Shown here: in pieces, positions 55,704 to 64,000 of the stretch
How positions within the stretch are numbered: the stretch's first letter is position 1
How the letters are laid out: each line of letters opens with the position of its first letter
Source of the DNA: an uncultured Chloracidobacterium sp.
GTDB lineage: Bacteria > Acidobacteriota > Blastocatellia > Pyrinomonadales > Pyrinomonadaceae
NCBI GenBank assembly: GCA_964410495.1
Contig: CAYPGP010000001.1
Location: 61,993 to 125,992 of the forward strand
DNA length: 64,000 nt
Direction of reading: 5' to 3'
Notes under the pieces: model-generated
The model's database searches: none
What the model was told of the DNA's origin: nothing
Seen by the model: only the letters and a program-made list of their open reading frames with translations
Translations under genes and position numbers: made by a program

Positions 55704-56969
55704 CTACATCTTTTCGTGCAAAACTCTCTCGATCGCATCGCAGGCCGTGGTGGTTCCTGTTTCTGTATCGACGAGCTTTTGCAGCTTTTGTGCGGCATCG
55801 CGGTAGCTTTTATCGGACAAAACCTTGCGGATCGTGGTCACCGCGGATTCGGCATTATAGGAGCCGCGTGAAATTACTTCAGCGACGCCGGCACGCCGAC
55901 ATCGCGCCGCGTTGTCCGGCTGATCATGGCTGAACGGCATGATCACCGCCGGAACGCCCGCACGTAGAACCTGTGCCGTCGTGCCGACGCCGGCCTGATG
56001 CACGACACAAGCTGCACTGGGAAAGACGAGGGAATATGGCGCGTATTCGAATCCGACGATCTCATCACTTAAACCTTTTGGAACCGGACAATCGCGGCCG
56101 AATAGCAGTATCGCCCGTTTGTTCAGCATCTTGGCAGCTTTTGCGCTTTCGTCGAAGAAATCGCCCGCGTCCATCACCGCTGCAGAACCAAGCGTGAATA
56201 CTATCGGCGGTTCGCCGCTGTTCAAAAAAACTTCGAGACGCGGATCAAGCGACGAATTTTCGCTCTCGTCGTAAAAACAAAAGCCGGTTTGCACGGTCGG
56301 CTGGAACCAATCTGGCTGCGGCTCGGCAAGTGCCCGCGAGAACATGGCCAGATGAAGCAGCGACGAGTATTTTTGCGTAAAAACCGGATCGTGTTCCGGA
56401 TCGAGGCCGAGTTTGCGTCGAAATTCGCGATAAGGAGCGAACCAGTCTTTGATCGTCCAACGCATAAATCCGAACAAAGCATCGTGAAAGGCCACCGGCA
56501 GCGGCCGCAAAAAATCGAAGACCCAGCTTGCCTGCGGATACACGTTCGGGTCGTACGACGAGAACATCGCGAGCGGCTGGAGACTGGTCGATATCCATTT
56601 AACGTTGCTTGTTTCAGCCGCCGAATAGGCGGCGTAAACAATTTCGCCGCTAAGGAACACGTCGGCGCCTTGGATAGCCGTCATCAGATCGTCATACATC
56701 GCCTCGATGTTGGGAAGAATAAGTTCTTTTATGACGAATTCCGGCCCCTTTACCGGATGCATCGCCTTCGCATGTAGTTCCTGGTCGTCTGGGTCTACAT
56801 TCGGCCGAAGATTGGCGAACTCAAGCCCGAGAGCGTCGATCTTCTCCTGATAACCGGCCCACGTGTTGATCACGACCGAATGCCCCCGGCGACGCAGCTC
56901 AAGGCCGAGCGCGATCATCGGATGAAGGTCGCCGAGCGAACCCATTGTTGAAAGAACAATTCTTGCCAT
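55704..56969 (-). CDS. GT1-family glycosyltransferase (MGT / UDP-glycosyltransferase type)
   Basis: From ATG 56969: MARIVLSTMGSLGDLHPMIALGLELRRRGH. C-terminal HQAGVGTTAQVLRAGVPAVIMPFSHDQPDNA nucleotide-sugar motif. Confidence 0.75.
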   Translation of the reverse strand: MARIVLSTMGSLGDLHPMIALGLELRRRGHSVVINTWAGYQEKIDALGLEFANLRPNVDPDDQELHAKAMHPVKGPEFVIKELILPNIEAMYDDLMTAIQGADVFLSGEIVYAAYSAAETSNVKWISTSLQPLAMFSSYDPNVYPQASWVFDFLRPLPVAFHDALFGFMRWTIKDWFAPYREFRRKLGLDPEHDPVFTQKYSSLLHLAMFSRALAEPQPDWFQPTVQTGFCFYDESENSSLDPRLEVFLNSGEPPIVFTLGSAAVMDAGDFFDESAKAAKMLNKRAILLFGRDCPVPKGLSDEIVGFEYAPYSLVFPSAACVVHQAGVGTTAQVLRAGVPAVIMPFSHDQPDNAARCRRAGVAEVISRGSYNAESAVTTIRKVLSDKSYRDAAQKLQKLVDTETGTTTACDAIERVLHEKM

Positions 56970-57057
56970 AAAGTCAGAACCGCCTCGCATAAGCGGGCGG
57001 CAATCGAGGTCGAATCTTTGGGACGATCGGTGAAACTGCTGAACGTCCGCCGCCCGA

Positions 57058-57249
57058 TCACACAGGCGGATCAGATTCGCGTTCGGCCATTCGCTTCTTG
57101 ATCTGAAAACGCATCCCAAGAAAATAGCTGCAAACACCGACGGCGAACGCGGCGAGCGCCCAGTCAAAATTGTCCTGCCACAAAAAATAAGCGGCAGATC
57201 CGACAAGGATCGCCGCTATGATCTGAAAAACTAAAGTCATCGGTCTCAA
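57058..57249 (-). CDS. small two-TM membrane protein
   Basis: 63-aa ORF, 4-nt overlap with the upstream DUF4126 gene. Confidence 0.4.
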   Translation of the reverse strand: MRPMTLVFQIIAAILVGSAAYFLWQDNFDWALAAFAVGVCSYFLGMRFQIKKRMAERESDPPV

Positions 57250-57872
57250 CCCGCCTTACGAGCAACGCTCTCAAAACTTTCGCCGCGGAAAAATGCTCCG
57301 ACGGCTTTGAATAACCTGATTATCGCACGCAGGACCTTCGGGAAAAACCAGAAAAAGGCGATCAAAAAGATGCCAAGCACCGCCGCGATGATAAACGGGG
57401 CAAAGACCGCGAGAAAAGTGCCGAGGAAAGCGATCGCGTCCTCAACCAAGGATAGAACCCAGTTCGAGACTGGTTCCGGCGAAAAATTCGCCCCTATCCG
57501 AGCCGCCGCCTTTGTTCCGTGCGAAGCAAAAGCCAACCCGCCGCCGATGAGTGTCGCCGGAATCGTGATCGTCGGATCAAGATCGGTCGTGGCCGCATAA
57601 GCCACGATCGCGCCCGCCGGAACGCGGATAAACGTATGAACGACATCCCAAACGCTGTCGACATACGGGATCTTATCCGCAAAAAACTCGATCAAATACA
57701 ACCCGCCCGCGACGCCGATGATCACCCAGTTGTCGAGCACATCGAGCCCGCCCGGCAGTTTTGTCGCTCCGAACTTTTGGAGCAACCCGAGCACCGAAAC
57801 GGTCGCGTAAAGATTGATGCCGGACGTCCACGCCGTACCAAGGGCCAAGCTAATTGTCGAGAACCATTCCAT
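57246..57872 (-). CDS. DUF4126 family membrane protein
   Basis: MEWFSTISLALGTAWTSGINLYATVSVLGLL N-terminus; 5-6 TM helices. Confidence 0.55.
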   Translation of the reverse strand: MEWFSTISLALGTAWTSGINLYATVSVLGLLQKFGATKLPGGLDVLDNWVIIGVAGGLYLIEFFADKIPYVDSVWDVVHTFIRVPAGAIVAYAATTDLDPTITIPATLIGGGLAFASHGTKAAARIGANFSPEPVSNWVLSLVEDAIAFLGTFLAVFAPFIIAAVLGIFLIAFFWFFPKVLRAIIRLFKAVGAFFRGESFESVARKAG

Positions 57873-57923
57873 CTGCGTTTCTCCAGTTGCGTGCCAAATT
57901 GCATCGCGATTCTACCATACAAA

Positions 57924-59285
<1,362 letters not shown>

Positions 59286-59300
59286 AAGGTTTTTCTTCCA

Positions 59301-59325
59301 CCGCAGAGACGCGGAGACGCAGAGA
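59301..59325. repeat. left 25-bp inverted repeat flanking the GxxExxY cassette
   Basis: CCGCAGAGACGCGGAGACGCAGAGA is the reverse complement of 59754-59778 with one mismatch. Confidence 0.75.
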
Positions 59326-59334
59326 AGAGTAGAG

Positions 59335-59738
59335 TTAGAACTTATTTACTATTCGCTTTATTCCGTCCTTTAATACTGGAGAATGAAAATTGAGGAGCAA
59401 GCCAACCCGTAAATTGAGTATTCGCAAATACGAAAGTAGCTGAGCCTCGTGAATCGAGATCAACCGCTCAACGGCATTGATCTCGAGAATGCTCGCTTCC
59501 TCGAGATAATATCCAGTTTGTATCCGCAATCGAGCTTTACCTCTTTGTACACGACCGGAAGTGGAACTTGACGCCTAAACCCTAACCCACACTCTGAAAA
59601 TTCGTAGCATAAGCACTCCTCGTACGCCGATTCCAAAAGTCCGGGACCAACTGATCGGTGAACCTCAATTGCGCAGCCAATTATCTTCTCGGTCAAAAAA
59701 TTGATCTGCTCAGGACTGAAGTCTGCTCGCTCTATCAC
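59335..59738 (-). pseudogene. GxxExxY (PD-(D/E)XK-like) protein gene, frameshifted
   Basis: ORF 59460-59738 carries ...GPGLLESAYEECL...VVYKEVKLDCGYKLDII. ORF 59335-59529, in another frame, carries YYLEEASILEINAVERLISIHEAQLLSYLRILNLRVGLLLNF...LKDGIKRIVN. The frames join at ~59502-59510. Confidence 0.7.
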
Positions 59739-59753
59739 TCTCTTTCTCTGTCC

Positions 59754-59778
59754 TCTCTGCGTCTCCGCGTCTCCGCGG
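59754..59778. repeat. right 25-bp inverted repeat flanking the GxxExxY cassette
   Basis: TCTCTGCGTCTCCGCGTCTCCGCGG, abutting the histidine kinase stop codon. Confidence 0.75.
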
Positions 59779-59779
59779 T

Positions 59780-61276
59780 TTAAACATTCTTAGGTAACTT
59801 TACCGTAAACTTCGTTCCTTCGCCCTCGACAGAGTCAACCTCGATCTTTCCGTTATGAGTCTCAACTATCTTCTGAACGATCGCCAGCCCTAGACCTGTT
59901 CCTGTCTCTTTCGTCGAAAAATACGGCTCGAAGATCTTTGAGAGGTTTTCCGCGGGGATGCCGTTGCCCGTGTCGGTGATCTCAAAACTTACAAATTCGC
60001 CCGATTCGTCTGGCAGGATCTTGATCGTTAGGTGGCCGCCGTCTTTTTCCATCGATTGGATCGCGTTTATGAACAGATTATTGAAAACGGAACGCAGAAA
60101 CTCAGGATCGCCCAATATTTGCGGGACGTTCTCGTGCTCAATTACGCCGATCTTGACGTTCTTGTCTTCGGCCTCGATCTCGGCTATTCGGAGCGAATCA
60201 GCGATAGCTTCACGAGCGTCGATCGGATGAAGATTTGCCTTCGCCGGACGCGAATAATTAAGGAAGTCCGTTATTTGTTGATTGATACGTGCGACCTCGC
60301 CCTTCAATTGAGAGGTGAGCTTTTCAAACGTCGCCCGCTTTTCCGGATCATCAGGCGAGTACTTAGACCGTAGATGATCGAGGGTCAAGTTTATGTAATT
60401 TAAAGGGTTGCGGATCTCGTGTGCGATCGCCGAACCCAGTCGACCAACAACCGCGCTCTTCTCGGCTTGCCGCAGCTGCTCTTCGAGTTCACGTGATTTT
60501 TCGAGCTCCGCTGCCATGTCGTTGAAATTAACAGACAGCTGGCCTATTTCGTCAGAACGGTTGGTGTCGGGGACACGGACGCTGAGATTGCCTTCGGCGA
60601 CCTGACGGGCGGCATCCGAAAGGTTGGCGATAGGGCGGGTGAATCTCCAAACCAGCAGCAGCGTTATCAGCGAGGAAACGAGCAAGATGCCGAGCGTGAA
60701 AACAAGTGGCTGTGCCGCACGCCACGCAGCATTATTCTTGTCATTTTTCAGCAAGACCATGACGTAATACCGACCGAGACTTGTATCGATCGGGATCGCG
60801 TACGCTTCATCGGGCTCAAATTTGTTTGTCTCGCTTTTGCGATTCGGGAAGTTCTTGAGATCGTCGCCTAAACGAGCCCCTTCCATTAGCGGCGGCAGAT
60901 CGGTCAGATCGCCAAGCTTTTTATAAACTACGGCTCCTTTCTCGTCATACGTTGGCTGGTAGTTCGGGCTTAAGCTGTCTGTTACCTGCCACGTACTGTC
61001 TATAACAAGAATGTCGCGAATGCCGTCTTTGGTCTCCTGGTCGAAATAGCCTTGATCGGTCTCGTTGAAGAGATCTTCAACATAGATGTCACGGAGCGTA
61101 AGGCTTCGAAAACCGAGGTTCATTCCGGCGATAAGCGAGCGAAATTGGGCTTCGCGGCGTGCGTTGTTATCGGCTTGTGTCTGGAGGTTCAGATAGTATT
61201 GAAACCCGATGGTCGCGACCAGCAGGACCGCCAGTATCAGCAACAATCTTCCTCGGAATGTATTAAAGAAATTCAT
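59780..61276 (-). CDS. sensor histidine kinase (TM-periplasmic-TM, HAMP, HisKA, HATPase_c)
   Basis: From ATG 61276 (MNFFNTFRGRLLLILAVLLV); H-box AIAHEIRNPLN; N/G boxes (NLFINAIQSM, DTGNGI, GTGLGLAIV). Confidence 0.85.
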   Translation of the reverse strand: MNFFNTFRGRLLLILAVLLVATIGFQYYLNLQTQADNNARREAQFRSLIAGMNLGFRSLTLRDIYVEDLFNETDQGYFDQETKDGIRDILVIDSTWQVTDSLSPNYQPTYDEKGAVVYKKLGDLTDLPPLMEGARLGDDLKNFPNRKSETNKFEPDEAYAIPIDTSLGRYYVMVLLKNDKNNAAWRAAQPLVFTLGILLVSSLITLLLVWRFTRPIANLSDAARQVAEGNLSVRVPDTNRSDEIGQLSVNFNDMAAELEKSRELEEQLRQAEKSAVVGRLGSAIAHEIRNPLNYINLTLDHLRSKYSPDDPEKRATFEKLTSQLKGEVARINQQITDFLNYSRPAKANLHPIDAREAIADSLRIAEIEAEDKNVKIGVIEHENVPQILGDPEFLRSVFNNLFINAIQSMEKDGGHLTIKILPDESGEFVSFEITDTGNGIPAENLSKIFEPYFSTKETGTGLGLAIVQKIVETHNGKIEVDSVEGEGTKFTVKLPKNV

Positions 61277-61417
61277 CGGGGCTATAAAATAAATAGAAGG
61301 AAACCGCTTGCCCAGCCGCGAGTTGAATGTTATAGTCTTCGCTAGACATTGCGCAAACAGCCTTAAAAAGCTGCTATCCAACAAACCCATTACAAGTAGA
61401 GGCCCCGTAGGTAAAGC

Positions 61418-63079
61418 ATGAAGTTAATGTTCCCGAAACACTCTTTTGTTGGCTCGTTGCTGACAGTTATCGTTATAACACTGGCATTCGCCGTTGCGTC
61501 TTCGGCCCAATCGAAGAAGAGCGCGAAAAAGCCGGAACCCAAGAAAGCGGCGGCCGCTAAGACCGCAACTAAGAAGAACGATAAACAGGCAAAAGATGCC
61601 AAAAAAGATCGCGGGAAGGCGAAAACTACGGCCAAAGACACCAAAAAAGACAGCCGGAAGGACAAGGCTTCTGCTAAAAAAGAAAGCGCAAAAGACAAGA
61701 AAGAGAAGGCAAAAGCCGACTCCAGATCAAAAAACGACCCAAAGAAAAACAAGGCTGAAACCAGAAAAGCCGAGCAGGAACGCCGCCGTATAGAAGCTGA
61801 ACGCCGTGCGGCCGCTCTTGCCGAAGCTCGTCGCCGCGAACAGGCCCGCCGCGAAGCGATTGCCCGCCGGATCGCGTTCGAACGCGGCCTCAGAACAGAA
61901 ACGATCAACAATATCGCCGCGGACCAAACGGAAGGCGAAGACCTCGCAATTCGTCAGGTTGCGATCAACGCGCTCGGTAACCGTGCCGGTTCCGTGGTCG
62001 TGATGGAAGCTCAGACTGGCAAGGTCCTGACCATCGTCAACCAGAATTGGGCGGTCCGCAGCAGCATTCGGCCATGTTCTACCATCAAGCTTGTGACCGG
62101 TGCCGCCGGCTTGAACGAAGGCGTGATCGACAAGGAGACCGGAGCGGTCAGGAACGCTTCGACCCGCCGGAAACTCGACGATGCTCTCGCCTATTCTGAC
62201 AATCCATACTTTCAACGTGCCGGAGTACTGATGGGCAATCAGAAGCTGGTTGAATACGGTAAAAAGTTCGGTCTGGGTGAGCCGACGGGCGTCAATCTTG
62301 AAGGTGAGACGGCCGGAAAACTTCCGGTTTCAAACAGCAGCCCGCTTATCTACTCACACGGCGACGACACCGAAGTTTCAACGATCCAGCTCGCGGTTAT
62401 GGCCGCGGCGATGACTAATGGCGGAAAGCGGGTCCTGCCGCGAATTCCTCGAAACGAGGTCGAAAAAGCGAAGTTCCAGACATTTTATAAAGCGACCGTC
62501 GATCTTCCGCAGCAGAATGTTCGCCGCGTGATCCCCGGCATGATGGGAGCCGCCGAATACGGGACGGCCCGCCGCAACATGAACCAGAATATCGGCGTCG
62601 CGGGCAAAACCGGCACTTGTTCTGACAAGGGCACGAAAACAGGCCTATTCACCTCGGTCGCTCCGATCGAACAGCCCAAGTACGCCGTCGCCGTCATAAC
62701 TCGCGGCCCGGGCGAACGTGGACGAACTGCAGTCGAGGTCGCCGCAAAGATCTACGACGCTCTCGCTCCGCAAATAACGCGGACCGATCGAAATCTGGCG
62801 CAAACGGAATTTAAGATCACTCCGCGAAATGGGGTTATCAATACTGCTGTTGCCGATGCTGACGAAGAGGACGACGATGCGGAATCAGGTGAAACAAATG
62901 CGGTCGACATGACCGGGATCGATACCGCCGGCCGAAACGTCATCATCGTGCCGAATGCTCCCAAATCGCAGAAGCTCGTAACCAAAACGGTTAATTCGAA
63001 GCCCGTTTTGCCACCGGTCGTGATCACTTACGATAAGAATCCTAAAGAGGCAAAACCCACTAAGGCAGACAAGCCCTAA
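61418..63079 (+). CDS. penicillin-binding protein transpeptidase-domain protein with Lys-rich N-terminal region
   Basis: STIK (SxxK), SDN (SxN) and KTGT motifs; signal anchor followed by a ~130-aa K/A/E/R-rich segment. Confidence 0.8.
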   Translation: MKLMFPKHSFVGSLLTVIVITLAFAVASSAQSKKSAKKPEPKKAAAAKTATKKNDKQAKDAKKDRGKAKTTAKDTKKDSRKDKASAKKESAKDKKEKAKADSRSKNDPKKNKAETRKAEQERRRIEAERRAAALAEARRREQARREAIARRIAFERGLRTETINNIAADQTEGEDLAIRQVAINALGNRAGSVVVMEAQTGKVLTIVNQNWAVRSSIRPCSTIKLVTGAAGLNEGVIDKETGAVRNASTRRKLDDALAYSDNPYFQRAGVLMGNQKLVEYGKKFGLGEPTGVNLEGETAGKLPVSNSSPLIYSHGDDTEVSTIQLAVMAAAMTNGGKRVLPRIPRNEVEKAKFQTFYKATVDLPQQNVRRVIPGMMGAAEYGTARRNMNQNIGVAGKTGTCSDKGTKTGLFTSVAPIEQPKYAVAVITRGPGERGRTAVEVAAKIYDALAPQITRTDRNLAQTEFKITPRNGVINTAVADADEEDDDAESGETNAVDMTGIDTAGRNVIIVPNAPKSQKLVTKTVNSKPVLPPVVITYDKNPKEAKPTKADKP

Positions 63080-63101
63080 TTATCGACGCGATAAGATCAT
63101 A

Positions 63102-63143
63102 AAGCATCCCTCAGACATTTCTGTTTTAAGGGATGCTTTTTTG
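63102..63143 (+). terminator. rho-independent terminator
   Basis: AAGCATCCCT-N17-AGGGATGCTT followed by TTTTTG. Confidence 0.75.
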
Positions 63144-63377
63144 TGCGGCAGCTAACAGTTTTCGGCTTGACAGCGCCGCGAATACTAAAGGATTATTTAG
63201 GTTCTCGAAAGATTTCTGTTGATTCGTCATTTCAATCAAATTGTCGGCAAGTAGACGGAAATCCTTGCAACTTTTTTGCATACTGCATACATCTGATTGG
63301 ACGCTGAGACGATGACGCCTGCGGTCGTCGATCCTGAGCGATCATGAGGCGAAAAACTCGAGAGAGGTAGGATTAAG

Positions 63378-64000
63378 ATGAACAAGATTTTTAGATACAC
63401 AAACATGGCGCTCCTCGCTGCCGCGATGTTCGCGGTTGGAGCGATTGGTACATTTGCTCAGGATAACTGTGGCGATGCTGCGGGACAGACAACGCTCGGC
63501 GATCAGGTTCGTGAGGAATTTAAGGACAAGTCGCTTGACGGCAAAAAGAAGTTTGTAAACACGGGTAAATCATTCCTTGAAAAGTACGGTAGCTGCGAAC
63601 CGTCAAAAGACCTTTCAGACTGGCTAAAAGGACGTATTCCAGTAGTCGAAAAGCAGATCGCGGATCAGATCGAATTGGATAAGAAGAATGCGCTTCTTAA
63701 ACGGTTTGACGATTCGCTCAAGGCAAAGAACTGGGATGAGACCTACGTCTCGGGCAAGGAAATTCTCCAAAAATACGGCGATGAATTCAGGGCCGTTGAA
63801 CTGGTCCTCGGTTCGATCGGTTACGATGAGAATTTTAAGACGCCACCTGTAACGAAGTTTAACGATGAAACACTTCGGTTTGCAAAGCAGTCCTTAGTGG
63901 CTCTCGAGGCTGGCAAAGAATTCAAGCCGGGCTTCGGTGTAGCTCCTTTCGTCTACAAAAACAAAGAAGACGCAATGGCTTGGATGAACCTGACCGTCGG
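63378..64000 (+). CDS. secreted hypothetical protein (partial, runs off window end)
   Basis: ATG preceded by GAGAGGTAGG; signal peptide MNKIFRYTNMALLAAAMFAVGAIGTFA; frame open to base 64000. Absent from the track because no stop codon lies in the window. Confidence 0.6.
   Translation, partial: MNKIFRYTNMALLAAAMFAVGAIGTFAQDNCGDAAGQTTLGDQVREEFKDKSLDGKKKFVNTGKSFLEKYGSCEPSKDLSDWLKGRIPVVEKQIADQIELDKKNALLKRFDDSLKAKNWDETYVSGKEILQKYGDEFRAVELVLGSIGYDENFKTPPVTKFNDETLRFAKQSLVALEAGKEFKPGFGVAPFVYKNKEDAMAWMNLTV

Noticed and set aside
61390-61911. 173-aa minus-strand ORF (Phe/Ser/Ala/Leu-rich) at the divergent junction of the kinase and PBP genes.
   Set aside because: It is the reverse complement of the AAG/AAA-rich lysine tract of the PBP gene. 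Its periodic FFL/SF composition is a mirror artefact.

Overview
Gene-dense, moderately GC-rich chromosomal window with about 60 protein genes. I saw no rRNA, tRNA or CRISPR array. The gene repertoire looks Acidobacteriota-like; this is an inference from two ~1,300-aa CarboxypepD_reg-type TonB-dependent receptors ending in Phe, a DUF481 barrel, sigma-54/NtrC regulators and a GxxExxY cassette. Recognisable housekeeping genes are dapF, rlmN, a UDP-sugar dehydrogenase plus wecB, a UbiA prenyltransferase, bcp, sppA, atpZ-atpI-atpB-atpE, waaA, efp and a PBP transpeptidase. There are also two NtrC-family regulators and one histidine kinase.

Main hunt result: the two short rhodanese ORFs in the track (17114-17398 and 17552-17854, minus strand) are not complete genes. 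Each stops at an in-frame TGA inside the rhodanese catalytic loop. The same frame then continues for 42-45 codons that complete the domain. Both carry the same 7-bp hairpin 14 nt after the TGA. I read these as two tandem selenocysteine (C-x-U) rhodaneses with signal peptides, co-transcribed with peroxiredoxin Bcp.

Other points worth a second look:
- A nine-gene same-strand block (35948-44839). It joins three tandem secreted paralogs to a membrane protein/DUF4129/DUF4350/MoxR cluster that has no DUF58/VWA partner but has a TauE permease and a MoxR-coupled secreted ankyrin protein.
- A Hanks-type kinase whose catalytic loop reads HGSLSPQN instead of HRDLKPxN.
- An orphan NtrC-type regulator upstream of two giant TonB-dependent receptors, with GG-N10-GC sigma-54-like promoters.
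- A RAYT-type HUH transposase together with several sequence-distinct REP/BIME-like palindromes and a MITE-like element.
- A frameshifted GxxExxY cassette bounded by 25-bp inverted repeats, inserted between a histidine kinase and its response regulator.

All family names come from motif recognition by eye; no database search was run. Coordinates of small non-coding elements may be off by 1-2 nt.
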